64,000 nt of DNA from Patescibacteria group bacterium (GCA_041674405.1 JBAYVT010000002.1:87158-151157); one strand, 5' to 3'. Shown: positions 29,966 through 39,087, counted from the stretch's first letter. The notes: a model not told the origin generated them from the letters alone. Translations and numbers: made by a program.

Positions 29966-30313
29966 ATGGGTAAAAAAAAGAATAAAAAACTGAAGAAAAA
30001 ACAACATGGAAATACTGCGCCACAAATCATCACGCATCCTTCTACTACCCCTCTTGCTCCTACAACAGAAATTGACGTAACCCCCGAAATAGAAGAAAAA
30101 GTTGAAAAAGAGGAAGTAAAAGAAGAGAAGAAAAATGACGGCTACGATGACCCTGCTTACAAAGATGAGAAAAAAATCGTAGTGAAAATTTTGCTCACAA
30201 TCCTTTTGATGGTTGTAATCCTCATTGTCGCATACTATGTAAACCAAAAAACCACAATCTTGAGTTCATTTGGTGATTGGGTTTATAAGCTTCTCAATAT
30301 TCAAACCCAATAG
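29966..30313 (+). CDS. hypothetical tail-anchored membrane protein (Lys/Glu-rich N-terminus, C-terminal TM)
   Basis: 115 aa. An AT-rich promoter-like region lies upstream and a terminator downstream. Confidence 0.5.
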   Translation: MGKKKNKKLKKKQHGNTAPQIITHPSTTPLAPTTEIDVTPEIEEKVEKEEVKEEKKNDGYDDPAYKDEKKIVVKILLTILLMVVILIVAYYVNQKTTILSSFGDWVYKLLNIQTQ

Positions 30314-30331
30314 ATAGATCGTTGCAAATTA

Positions 30332-30354
30332 AAAATCCGCTATAGCGGATTTTT
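30332..30354. terminator. bidirectional terminator hairpin AAATCCGCTA/TAGCGGATTT
   Basis: A perfect 10-bp palindrome flanked by A- and T-runs. It lies between a convergent gene pair. Confidence 0.65.
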
Positions 30355-30371
30355 AATTTGCCTGTCTTTAT

Positions 30372-30530
30372 TTAATCGGTCTGTTTTTGTAAACCAAATA
30401 AGATCAGGTAAAACGTAACCAATAGTGTCACAACAATTGCAGGAAAAATTGAAATCTTAGTCGTCAAGATGAAAAATGCTGCTGCAATCCAAGTGATTAC
30501 GATAATCAGAGTTACCCAAATACTTTTCAT
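30372..30530 (-). CDS. 52-aa two-TM membrane peptide (downstream of ubiB)
   Basis: MKSIWVTLIIVITWIAAAFFILTTKISIFPAIVVTLLVTFYLILFGLQKQTD. An excellent SD AAGGAG sits 5 nt upstream. It is too short for the ORF track. Confidence 0.5.
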   Translation of the reverse strand: MKSIWVTLIIVITWIAAAFFILTTKISIFPAIVVTLLVTFYLILFGLQKQTD

Positions 30531-30549
30531 ATATCTCCTTCTTAAATAT

Positions 30550-32085
30550 TTATAGCATCTGCCTAAATCTTAGCACAGAAGGCTTAATTTTTTTGTATAA
30601 AGACGGACGATTATCTATCAGATCTTCAAACCATTCGGAGATATATGCTTTAGCATTATATCTTGCATCCTCATTCCAAGGATCTGAGAGTTTTTCATTT
30701 TCAATCTCATAATGAGAGAGTCGCTCTTGCATTTCATTCACCACTTCCGGATATTCCCTAGCAAATTTTACTAGCGCATGTTTCATTTTAAAGGTGGGAG
30801 CAATCTGCATAGCCATCATATCCCCGATAACTAGAGTCCGAATAAACATAATTAAATCTCTTTGAAAATGGACGCAATATTGCTCGGCTAATTTCATCCC
30901 CTTTATAAAAGCAACCGCCGTGCTCCTATCGTAAATCGGAGTTGATGGGTCGCCTGTTGCATCGTCCCAGTTATCCATAACTGACTTGAGCGGATGTTCA
31001 AATGAAGTTGATAATTCGGAGATAATCTGTAAAAACTGATCTGGTACTTGAATTTTATCTTGCGATAAAAATCTCACCCTTTCTTCAATCGGGCGGCTGC
31101 CAAGACGAATGAAAGCTGCGGCGGCCTTCTCTGCGTCAACATCTAAAACAATGTGGCGAATAAAGTTCCAAAAAAGTGAACGGCTAAATTTTGTAACATG
31201 ACCAACTATGCCAAAATCTACTAGCGCAATTTTGCCATCATTGGTAATGATAATATTCCCTGGATGAGGATCACTATGATAGGTTCCAACCATAAAATAT
31301 TGCCTACCAAGCTCAGAAATTATATCATCAGCAATTCTATCAAGATCAAAATCGATATCTCTAAATTGTTCATTTGTTACATTGCTATTTTTGGCACGCA
31401 TGATATCCGTCAGTTTCGTGCCATGAATGAAATCCTGGGTCAAGATTTTGGCTGTTGTAAATTCTGAATAACACTCCGGCACAACAAAACGATTCGTTTT
31501 TGGCAAATTCTTCCGGATGATTTCCGCATTGTCTTTCTCGAGACGGAAATCCAATTCTCGCAGCGTCGACTCTTCAAGCTCAAACAGAATATCTCGAACG
31601 CTCAATGTTTTCATCCTGAACATCAAATTCAAGAAAGGAGAAATCGTTCTTAAAAACCTAAAATCTTTCTTTACTTTATATTCAAGATTCGGTCTCTGGA
31701 CCTTGACTGCAACTTCCTTACCATTTGGAAGTATCGCCCGATGAACTTGGGCAAAAGAGGCTGAAGCTATTGGTGCATCTTCAAAAATCGTAAACATTTC
31801 ATGCGGTGATTTTCCAAATTCTTTCGAAATAATCTCCTGAACTTCGGCATACCCCATCGGCGGCACATTATCGAAAAGCTCAGAGAGTTCCCAGCAATAC
31901 TCTGGTGGCAAAATCTCATATCTCAAAGCTAAAATCTGGCCCATTTTGATGAGCGCTCCGCCTGCTTCTTCCAGATACATTCGTGCAATCTTGGGATATG
32001 AATGCGGGTACAAACCAAGAGATCGGAAAAAGGAGAAAAATCCGTATTTAATTGTGAGACCAGTTAATTGAAGAGATCTAGGCAT
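30550..32085 (-). CDS. UbiB/ABC1 (aarF-domain) atypical protein kinase family
   Basis: 511 aa with the ABC1 motifs …ASASFAQVHRAILPNGKEVAVKVQRP… and …HSDPHPGNI…. Confidence 0.8.
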   Translation of the reverse strand: MPRSLQLTGLTIKYGFFSFFRSLGLYPHSYPKIARMYLEEAGGALIKMGQILALRYEILPPEYCWELSELFDNVPPMGYAEVQEIISKEFGKSPHEMFTIFEDAPIASASFAQVHRAILPNGKEVAVKVQRPNLEYKVKKDFRFLRTISPFLNLMFRMKTLSVRDILFELEESTLRELDFRLEKDNAEIIRKNLPKTNRFVVPECYSEFTTAKILTQDFIHGTKLTDIMRAKNSNVTNEQFRDIDFDLDRIADDIISELGRQYFMVGTYHSDPHPGNIIITNDGKIALVDFGIVGHVTKFSRSLFWNFIRHIVLDVDAEKAAAAFIRLGSRPIEERVRFLSQDKIQVPDQFLQIISELSTSFEHPLKSVMDNWDDATGDPSTPIYDRSTAVAFIKGMKLAEQYCVHFQRDLIMFIRTLVIGDMMAMQIAPTFKMKHALVKFAREYPEVVNEMQERLSHYEIENEKLSDPWNEDARYNAKAYISEWFEDLIDNRPSLYKKIKPSVLRFRQML

Positions 32086-32091
32086 AAGACC

Positions 32092-32250
32092 TTACTTTGT
32101 TCGCATCTGAAACCCGATATAAAAAATTATAACGGTAGAAACCATCGCCATATAAAAGAGCGATTGCGCAATTTCAAATGCATAATTAGCGATTATTACC
32201 ATGATAATCCACAACACTGCGATGATGATTGTAATTAACGGATAACGCAT
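32092..32250 (-). CDS. 52-aa two-TM membrane peptide (upstream of ubiB), paralogous in style to 30372..30530
   Basis: MRYPLITIIIAVLWIIMVIIANYAFEIAQSLFYMAMVSTVIIFYIGFQMRTK. SD GAGGTGG. Its length and hydrophobicity pattern resemble the downstream peptide. Confidence 0.45.
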   Translation of the reverse strand: MRYPLITIIIAVLWIIMVIIANYAFEIAQSLFYMAMVSTVIIFYIGFQMRTK

Positions 32251-32329
32251 AATTCCCACCTCTTGTAATTTATTTATTAAAACGTTTTATAATACTACTA
32301 AATAGATATTTTGTCAATATTTTTGCTGT

Positions 32330-33880
32330 TTAATAGGCCTTTTCTTTGGGTCTGTATTGAAGTGCTTCAGCAATGTGAGCAGAACTTATAATGTCGGATT
32401 CATTAAGATCAGCAATCGTACGGGCAATTTTTAAAATTCTATGATACGAGCGCGCAGATAGCTTCATTCCTTCAACTGCACTAGCAATTAATTTTTCAGC
32501 TTCTTTTTCCAATATACAATATTCTTTGATATCTTTCGAGGTCATTTCGGCATTCGATTTTAATTTACCATTGTCGCGAAATCGTCCATTTTGTTTCTCT
32601 CGTGCCTTGTTCACCCTCTTGCGAACCACAGATGATTCCTCCGCAACTTTATCCGTGGCAAGTTTTTCGTATTTCACCCGCGGGACTTCAATATGGATAT
32701 CGATGCGGTCAAGCAAAGGACCAGAAACCTTTTTCTGGTAGCGGATTATCTGGGTCGGCGTGCAAACACAGCGTTTATCTGGGTCGGAAAGATATCCGCA
32801 CGGACACGGATTCTGGGCGGCAACAAGTAAAAACTCTGCTGGGAAAGTCAATGATCCGGACGCACGAGATACTGTGACAATTCCATCTTCGAGCGGCTGG
32901 CGCAGGGCTTCAAGAACGTTTCTGGGAAATTCGGGGAATTCATCCAAAAACAAAACTCCGCGATGGGAAAGAGATATCTCACCTGGTTTTGGCCACTGAC
33001 CTCCACCAACCATAGCAACTCCTGATGTTGTATGGTGTGGCGCTCGAAACGGACGTTTTGTTATCAATGTTTTTGCTCCACTAGTCATGCCGGAAACTGA
33101 ATAGATTTTTGTTACTTCTAGCATCTCCTCGTTTGCCATATCTGGCAAAATACTCGGGAGCGATCTTGCAAGTAATGTTTTACCCGATCCGGGAGGACCG
33201 GATAAGAGAATATTGTGATTGCCCGAAGCGGCAATCTCCATCGCCCTTTTCGCTTGTTCTTGTCCGGCGATATAAGCAAAATCCAATTCATATTTGATAG
33301 TTTTTTCTTCAGTAGGCGCTGATCTTTGATATCTATTGATTATTTCTTCACTCCGAAGATGTTTAATCAATTTCGCTAAGCTTTCTACAGGAATAATCTC
33401 AATTCCTTGAACAAGGGCCGCTTCCTCCGCATTTACTTCGGGGACATAAATTCGATCAAATCCAGACTCTTTGGCATACATTGCTATCGGGAGAATCCCA
33501 TTTACATGCCGAAGCCTACCGTCTAGTGCTAACTCTCCGACAAACAGCGCTTGGTTGTATTCGGGAACGTGTTGCAGCTGCTCTGATGCCAAAAGAATCC
33601 CTACCGCCATTGGCAGGTCAAAGCTCGGACCCTCTTTTTTCATGTCGGCAGGCGCCAGATTTACCGTCAGACGATGTTGGGGGAAGGGTAAGTGGCAATT
33701 TTTGATCGCCGAGCGAATCCGCTCCTTGCTTTCATCGATGGCCTTATCCGGAAGTCCCACAATAGTAAAAGAGGGCAGTCCTGCTCCGATGTCGACTTCC
33801 ACCTCGATCGGATAGCATTCCAAACCCATCGTCGTTGCCGATAGAACACGCGCAACTTTATTCAAATCCCCTCCCTGCAT
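32330..33880 (-). CDS. comM: YifB/ComM family Mg-chelatase-like AAA+ ATPase
   Basis: 516 aa with an N-terminal Lon-like domain, an AAA+ core (…LLSGPPGSGKTLLA…) and a C-terminal ChlI-like domain. Confidence 0.85.
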   Translation of the reverse strand: MQGGDLNKVARVLSATTMGLECYPIEVEVDIGAGLPSFTIVGLPDKAIDESKERIRSAIKNCHLPFPQHRLTVNLAPADMKKEGPSFDLPMAVGILLASEQLQHVPEYNQALFVGELALDGRLRHVNGILPIAMYAKESGFDRIYVPEVNAEEAALVQGIEIIPVESLAKLIKHLRSEEIINRYQRSAPTEEKTIKYELDFAYIAGQEQAKRAMEIAASGNHNILLSGPPGSGKTLLARSLPSILPDMANEEMLEVTKIYSVSGMTSGAKTLITKRPFRAPHHTTSGVAMVGGGQWPKPGEISLSHRGVLFLDEFPEFPRNVLEALRQPLEDGIVTVSRASGSLTFPAEFLLVAAQNPCPCGYLSDPDKRCVCTPTQIIRYQKKVSGPLLDRIDIHIEVPRVKYEKLATDKVAEESSVVRKRVNKAREKQNGRFRDNGKLKSNAEMTSKDIKEYCILEKEAEKLIASAVEGMKLSARSYHRILKIARTIADLNESDIISSAHIAEALQYRPKEKAY

Positions 33881-33968
33881 TTCAGTTCTTAGCCTCTTAG
33901 TCCCAAAAGGCCCCTTTGAGTTATTAGTTTTAACTAACTTAATTGTAGAGTAAAATATCGTCTTTTAA

Positions 33969-33996
33969 AACCACTTGACCCGCCCCGAGCTTCGGG
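33969..33996 (-). terminator. GC-rich intrinsic terminator GACCCGCCCCG-AGCTT-CGGGGCGGGTC
   Basis: An 11-bp perfect stem just downstream of the small Zn-ribbon gene at 34023..34157. Confidence 0.65.
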
Positions 33997-34022
33997 GCGG
34001 GTCTCCAGATCTTCTTCCGACC

Positions 34023-34157
34023 GCTAGATGCGGCTCTCTGCCGTGTCGCAAGCGTCGCGGTACTCCTGGCAGGTGTACCCCGGATGACGCTCGCCGCACT
34101 CGCCGCAGACCTGTCCCTCTTCGGCTGCTTCTCTCTCTTTCTCCGCAAGTTCGCTCA
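34023..34157 (-). CDS. 44-aa acidic Zn-ribbon-like protein (C-x2-C ... C-x6-C) in G+C-rich islet
   Basis: MSELAEKEREAAEEGQVCGECGERHPGYTCQEYRDACDTAESRI. SD AGGAGG sits 6 nt upstream. It is followed by the terminator at 33969. Confidence 0.5.
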
Positions 34158-34187
34158 TCTTGACCTCCTGTGTAATGGCTGCAGGAT

Positions 34188-34415
34188 TCATCCGTGTGCG
34201 ACTACCGGCTCAAAGGCCAGCATTACTTGAGAAAACGGCGACCTGGGTTGTTTGGTCGCCTTGTTGGAATCGAGGGCCCTGCGACTGCGTTTGCAGAGCC
34301 AGCATCGGTCAGAAAACCCATGATCACTCATGAATCCTCCCCGACCATCGCAAACCGGGCACATATAGCAATCACCAGCCCTTTCACATCGGGGATAATA
34401 CCAAAATTTAAGCAT
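34188..34415 (-). CDS. small Cys-rich protein (three C-x2-C pairs), G+C-rich, directly upstream of 34023..34157
   Basis: …CYMCPVCDGRGGFMSDHGFSDRCWLCKRS…. Its stop is adjacent to the SD of the next gene. The start is uncertain because there is no clear SD at the first ATG. Confidence 0.35.
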   Translation of the reverse strand: MLKFWYYPRCERAGDCYMCPVCDGRGGFMSDHGFSDRCWLCKRSRRALDSNKATKQPRSPFSQVMLAFEPVVAHG

Positions 34416-34423
34416 TTAGACAA

Positions 34424-34444
34424 TTGAAAAAGGCCCTCTTAAGG
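34424..34444 (-). terminator. terminator hairpin TGAAAAAGGCC-CTCTTAA-GGCCTTTTTCA downstream of 34472..35167
   Basis: An 11-bp stem including A/T tracts. Confidence 0.6.
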
Positions 34445-34471
34445 CCTTTTTCAATTTATTAGACTTACTAT

Positions 34472-35167
34472 TTAGTTCGTGAACTGGAATGAACTTACCA
34501 TATTATCGATGGCAGTATCATGAACACCATGGGAATCATCATTTTTCCAAACTATTTGATATCCCCGGCCACCATGATTCAAATATATAGATGTAGAATA
34601 TGTCCCGTCCAGAAGAGAAGGTTCGTTCTCTGTAACCTTCCAGCCTGTTGCCCCAGCTAGAGTTATGTCGGATACCGTCTGTTCCTGGCCAGCAGATGTT
34701 ATTTGGCTTAAGCCAAATTCCTCATCAACCACAGATATCATAAAATAAGGGATAGGCATCTCAGAATTCGCCCTATATGTGTTATCTGCCACCCTGTCCT
34801 TATTTACAATCACATAAATATCTTTTTTGACTTGCTGCCCAGATTGGGAATCATACAGATAATCGATAAGCTGAAAAGCACTTTGGTATTTGAAGCTGTA
34901 TCCATAAGTCTTGTTTGTATAGGTCGTAAGATTATTCGAGGAAGATGAGGAACTTGAACTAGATACTGAAGTACTGGACGAGCTAGTAGAACTTTCACTA
35001 TCTGCATCAACCTTTTTCTGCAAATCAGAGATCTGGCTTTTGAGATTATTTTTATCTTTCGTCCATTTGGAATTCAAATAATAATACCCACCAGCGCCAA
35101 GGCCTGCCATGATGAGAACGGTAATAAGTATGATCCAAATTGCTGCCAAACCATTAGATCGTCGCAT
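34472..35167 (-). CDS. hypothetical membrane-anchored protein with poly-Ser linker
   Basis: 231 aa with an N-terminal TM, a coiled-coil, a Ser-rich tract and then a globular ectodomain. Confidence 0.5.
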   Translation of the reverse strand: MRRSNGLAAIWIILITVLIMAGLGAGGYYYLNSKWTKDKNNLKSQISDLQKKVDADSESSTSSSSTSVSSSSSSSSSNNLTTYTNKTYGYSFKYQSAFQLIDYLYDSQSGQQVKKDIYVIVNKDRVADNTYRANSEMPIPYFMISVVDEEFGLSQITSAGQEQTVSDITLAGATGWKVTENEPSLLDGTYSTSIYLNHGGRGYQIVWKNDDSHGVHDTAIDNMVSSFQFTN

Positions 35168-35242
35168 GCTCCTCCTTTTTTAGTAAGTAGAAAGTAGTCC
35201 GTAGTCCTTAGATAAATCCTGACTTAAATATTATAGAACAAA

Positions 35243-36178
35243 TTATTCTTTAAGAAAATCGTCGATAACTCCAAACACATCATTTTTATTTTTTGCCCAA
35301 ATAATTTCCGAAAACCTTCGGAACCAAGTGAGCTGCCTTCTGGCGTATTGATGAATTTTCCATTTCATATTCTGTTTTATGACTTCAAAATCTTTTTGAT
35401 CTTTATCAATATAATTGGCTAATATCTTGTATTCCAACCCGATCTTTTCGAACCATGAGAGAGAAACTCCCTTTTCCATTAGATTTGAGACTTCCTCATA
35501 AAAGCCCTCCGCAAACCATTCGTCGACCCGCTTATCTATTCTCGAATACAATTCCTCCCGCGGGTAATCGATAGCAATTTGTAGGACAACAAAATCCGGT
35601 TTGATTTTTGTCGGTGCTGTGCCTTCTTGCGCCTTCTCGATCGCCCTAATTAACCTTCGAGGATTCTGAACGTCAAGCCCATGGTCATTAGTCCGTAGCC
35701 CGTAGTAAATTTTCTGCAATTCTTCGAGCGACATCGAATTTAATTGTTCCCGGGAAATTTTCGCTTGATTCTTGATTCTTGATTCTTCCGACCTCGGCTC
35801 GAGCCTCGGCCGAGACGGGTGATCCTTGATTTCAAATCCCTCAATTAAAGCTTGAACGTAAAGCCCCGTTCCTCCGACAATTACCGGCAGTTTGCCGCGG
35901 GCAAAAATGCCTTCGATAACTTCGCGGGCACGTGATAGCCAATCAAACATTGAAAATTCTTCACCAGGATCGCAAATATCGATGAGGTGATATTTGATAT
36001 TGCCATATTCGGAGAGATCTTTACCGGTCCCAATATCGAGTCCGCGAAAAACTTGTCTCGAATCTGCCGAGACTATTTCGCCGTCATATTTTTTGGCAAT
36101 TGCAACTCCTAGGCCTGTTTTTCCAGTAGCTGTCGGCCCGACAATTGCCACAATTTTCTGCACATTTTCCATTTGCAT
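35243..36178 (-). CDS. miaA: tRNA dimethylallyltransferase (IPP transferase)
   Basis: MQMENVQKIVAIVGPTATGKTGLGVAIAKK...DSRQVFRGLDIGTGK. The ORF track extends it to 36400, but that extension is GC-rich, out of character, and overlaps a separate small gene. Confidence 0.85.
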   Translation of the reverse strand: MQMENVQKIVAIVGPTATGKTGLGVAIAKKYDGEIVSADSRQVFRGLDIGTGKDLSEYGNIKYHLIDICDPGEEFSMFDWLSRAREVIEGIFARGKLPVIVGGTGLYVQALIEGFEIKDHPSRPRLEPRSEESRIKNQAKISREQLNSMSLEELQKIYYGLRTNDHGLDVQNPRRLIRAIEKAQEGTAPTKIKPDFVVLQIAIDYPREELYSRIDKRVDEWFAEGFYEEVSNLMEKGVSLSWFEKIGLEYKILANYIDKDQKDFEVIKQNMKWKIHQYARRQLTWFRRFSEIIWAKNKNDVFGVIDDFLKE

Positions 36179-36254
36179 GGTCCTTAGCAATAATTTGGGC
36201 GCGCACGTCACATGACGCACGCGCCGGCTGTCTCGCCCAGTTCTCACCCTCCCA

Positions 36255-36407
36255 CTAGCTCTCGCTGCCTTCAACATCAGTCCCCCTGTACCTTGACCTT
36301 CCACACTGAAGGCAATTACCATCCGGATCCGGAGGTCGAGTGTCCCCGCAGTGAGGGCACTTGAACTCCTGCACTTCCGCGGTACCAACTTCCAGATCAA
36401 CAGCCAT
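36255..36407 (-). CDS. 50-aa Zn-ribbon protein (CPHCG ... CLQCG) in G+C-rich islet upstream of miaA
   Basis: MAVDLEVGTAEVQEFKCPHCGDTRPPDPDGNCLQCGRSRYRGTDVEGSES. A perfect SD AAGGAGGT sits 8 nt upstream with an AT-rich -10-like TATATA. An imperfect 13-bp hairpin lies between it and miaA. Confidence 0.55.
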   Translation of the reverse strand: MAVDLEVGTAEVQEFKCPHCGDTRPPDPDGNCLQCGRSRYRGTDVEGSES

Positions 36408-36503
36408 TTATGGCACCTCCTTCGCCTATCTTATATACCACAAATTAGCCTCGCCTTCCAATGTGTTGCACAATGCCTTAATTTCAAATTACAATACATA
36501 AGC

Positions 36504-37226
36504 ATGATTAAGATATCGCATGTCACAAAAAAGTACGGCAAAGAGATTATCGTCGACGATCTTTCTCTCTCGATAAAAGAGGGGACGATTTTCGGTTTTT
36601 TGGGCCCGAACGGAGCAGGGAAGACGACTACGCTCAAAATTATACTCAGTCTCATCAAGGACTATGACGGCATTATTACGATCGGCGGCGAGATGACCAT
36701 GGACGCAAAAACAAAAGAAAAAATTGGTTTTATGCCAGAAGACCCCTACTTCTATGACCATCTGACCGGTTTGGAATTCCTGAAATTCTGTGGTGAACTT
36801 TTCAATTATTCGAGAGAGAAAAATAACGGATATTATCTGAATATTCTAGACCAAGTCGGGCTGTACGATGCAAGAAGCATGATGGTGAGAAATTATTCCA
36901 AGGGCATGAAGCAGCGTCTCGGCCTCGCGCAAGCCCTCGTAAATGATCCAGATTATATTTTTCTCGATGAACCGCTCGACGGGCTTGACCCAATCGGCCG
37001 CGCCGATATCAAAAATATCATCAAAGGTTTGAAAAAACGAAAAAAAACAGTCTTTTTTTCCTCACACATCCTCTCGGATATCGAAGAGTTATGCGATGAA
37101 ATCGGCATAATTAATAAAGGAAAATTATTATATTCCGGCTCGGTGAAAAAATTCTGCCGTGGTAGCGCATTTGAAGAAAAATTTGTCGAGGTTATAAAAA
37201 ATGAAAAACGTACTGGCAATCGCTAA
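36504..37226 (+). CDS. ABC transporter ATP-binding protein (ABC-2 exporter subfamily)
   Basis: MIKISHVTKKYG... with Walker A GPNGAGKTT, signature YSKGMKQRL and Walker B IFLDEPL. The track's upstream extension is rejected. Confidence 0.9.
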   Translation: MIKISHVTKKYGKEIIVDDLSLSIKEGTIFGFLGPNGAGKTTTLKIILSLIKDYDGIITIGGEMTMDAKTKEKIGFMPEDPYFYDHLTGLEFLKFCGELFNYSREKNNGYYLNILDQVGLYDARSMMVRNYSKGMKQRLGLAQALVNDPDYIFLDEPLDGLDPIGRADIKNIIKGLKKRKKTVFFSSHILSDIEELCDEIGIINKGKLLYSGSVKKFCRGSAFEEKFVEVIKNEKRTGNR

Positions 37227-37962
37227 AAATACATTCCGCGAGACCATCCGTGATCGGATTCTTTATTCGATTTTGATATTCGGCATGCTTTTCATCATCT
37301 CAACTATTTTTTTAGGTTCAATTTCACTCGGCGAAGATCTAAAAATAATTCGCGATCTGGGACTTGCCGGAATTTATATCTTCGGTTTGATTATCACGAT
37401 TTTTCTCGGAACATCACTCATCTATAAGGAGATTGAAGGAAGAACGCTTTATATCGTTTTTTCGAAGCCGGTTGGAGCAGCCCAATATATCTTGGGCAAA
37501 TTTCTCGGACTTTTCACATCCGTGGTTCTAACTATTTTGATCATGTCGGTGCTTTATCTTGCAATTGTCGCGGCAAAAGGCGGAGGATTTGATTATTTCG
37601 GTCTCGCCGCGATTGGCATGCAGATTTTAGAACTTGCAGTTTTTATTGCGCTTTCGATCCTATTTTCAACCTTTTCGACTCCACTAGCCTCAACTCTCTA
37701 CGCGATTTTGCTTCTTTTCATTGGCCATTCACTACCGATGATATTAAAATATGCTTTAAAATCGAGCGTGCTTTTCAAATATTTCGCATATGCGATTTAC
37801 TACATTCTGCCCAACCTCGAGAAGTTCAATCTTAGAAACATTGCCGTGCACGGAATTTTGCCGAACGGTTTGGCTGTCTTTTCTGCTGTAGCTTATGGTG
37901 TAGTTTATACGATAATAATTCTCGCAATCGCAAATTATTCCCTGTCCAAACAGGAGGTTTAA
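37201..37962 (+). CDS. ABC-2 type exporter permease (6 TM)
   Basis: 253 aa that are hydrophobic throughout. It overlaps the ATPase stop. Confidence 0.7.
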   Translation: MKNVLAIAKNTFRETIRDRILYSILIFGMLFIISTIFLGSISLGEDLKIIRDLGLAGIYIFGLIITIFLGTSLIYKEIEGRTLYIVFSKPVGAAQYILGKFLGLFTSVVLTILIMSVLYLAIVAAKGGGFDYFGLAAIGMQILELAVFIALSILFSTFSTPLASTLYAILLLFIGHSLPMILKYALKSSVLFKYFAYAIYYILPNLEKFNLRNIAVHGILPNGLAVFSAVAYGVVYTIIILAIANYSLSKQEV

Positions 37963-38001
37963 CCAGAATCAAGAATCAGGTATTAAGAATTAAGCTCACT
38001 G

Positions 38002-38033
38002 CTTGATACTTGATACATGATACTTAATACAAT
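38002..38033 (+). promoter_or_regulatory. tandem heptamer element (TTGATAC-TTGATAC-ATGATAC-TTAATAC-AAT), copy 2
   Basis: A near-identical copy of the element at 16513..16545. It sits between the ABC permease stop and the start of a secreted-protein gene. Confidence 0.5.
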
Positions 38034-38835
38034 AAAAAATAAATCCTTTTTAAAGATGATTATTTTCATCCTTTTATCCGTCTTGGTTATTGCGACCCAG
38101 ATTTTTTCCGATGGAGCAAAGGCGGAAACGAAAAAGCCCTCCCCTCTTGTCATGCCGGCAAAAGTTATCGAATTTGTTGATTTAGGATTAAAAAATGCCG
38201 CCGCAGATTTAAATTGGCTAGCTTCCATACAATATTTTGGCGATTGGCAAGATGATGATTATGCGAAACTCACCGCTTATATAAAAGCGACAAACGAACT
38301 AGATCCGAAATTCTCCTACCCCTATGCTTTTGGCGCCATAATTTTACCCGGACTGGGCAAAACTAACGATGCTATCGCGATCGCCAAAGACGGGATAGCT
38401 AACTCCGACCCGGACTACCGCATCCCCTATTATCTTGCCGTTACTTATTTCTTGAACAAGCAAGACTATGCAAACGCAGCATATTATTTCGATGTTGCCG
38501 CAAGGACAGCCGGCGCACCGGATAACGTAAAAGCAATATCTGCAAGTTTCAATTCCCGGCCGGATCTTAGAGCACAATCAATCGCTATTTGGACTTCGAT
38601 TTTTGAAAATTCGAACGATGAAGTTATTCAAGAACGCGCGAAAGCTTACATCATACATTATGAAATTCTAAACATTCTCGAAGTTGCTGCGGAAGAGTAC
38701 AAAAATAAGACCGGAAATTATCCGGCAAATATCGAAGACTTAGTGACTGCAAAAATTCTTACAGCAGTGCCAAAAGATCCTTTTGGGTTTACATACCTTA
38801 TAGACAACGACGGCAGAGCTAGAATAAATCAATAA
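38017..38835 (+). CDS. hypothetical secreted/anchored protein (TPR-like helical)
   Basis: 272 aa with an N-terminal hydrophobic segment. The annotated start lies inside the heptamer element, so the true start may be the Met at 38056 (MIIFILLSV). Confidence 0.5.
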   Translation: MILNTIKNKSFLKMIIFILLSVLVIATQIFSDGAKAETKKPSPLVMPAKVIEFVDLGLKNAAADLNWLASIQYFGDWQDDDYAKLTAYIKATNELDPKFSYPYAFGAIILPGLGKTNDAIAIAKDGIANSDPDYRIPYYLAVTYFLNKQDYANAAYYFDVAARTAGAPDNVKAISASFNSRPDLRAQSIAIWTSIFENSNDEVIQERAKAYIIHYEILNILEVAAEEYKNKTGNYPANIEDLVTAKILTAVPKDPFGFTYLIDNDGRARINQ

Positions 38836-39018
38836 TTACTCTTCTTTCTTGTCGTCCTTGTGCTCCTCTTCCCGCTTTCTCTGCACTCTTTGGATTTCGA
38901 AAACCGATTTTCCCGAAACTGGCATATCTTCCTCGCGCTCTTTCTCCGCTTCTTCGAAGAGCTCATCCTCTAAATTTTCGAGATCCTCATCGGTGTAATT
39001 TGTAAGATTTCCGCTCAT
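38836..39018 (-). CDS. small highly acidic protein
   Basis: 60 aa that are D/E-rich. Coding status is uncertain. Confidence 0.3.
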   Translation of the reverse strand: MSGNLTNYTDEDLENLEDELFEEAEKEREEDMPVSGKSVFEIQRVQRKREEEHKDDKKEE

Positions 39019-39087
39019 GGTTCAATTATATCGAATGTTTCGTAAAATTTTAATGTGGCCGCCTGCTCGCCATCGGGCAGGCGCGGC

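Noticed and set aside
36179-36400. N-terminal 74-aa extension of miaA in the ORF track
   Set aside because: It is GC-rich and unlike the rest of the gene. It overlaps a separate SD-equipped small gene in another frame, and MiaA's conserved P-loop begins right after MQMENVQK at 36178.
36351-36503. Upstream extension of the ABC ATPase ORF (36351..37226)
   Set aside because: ABC ATPases start just before the Walker A region. The ATG at 36504 gives the canonical MIKISHVTKKYG… start.
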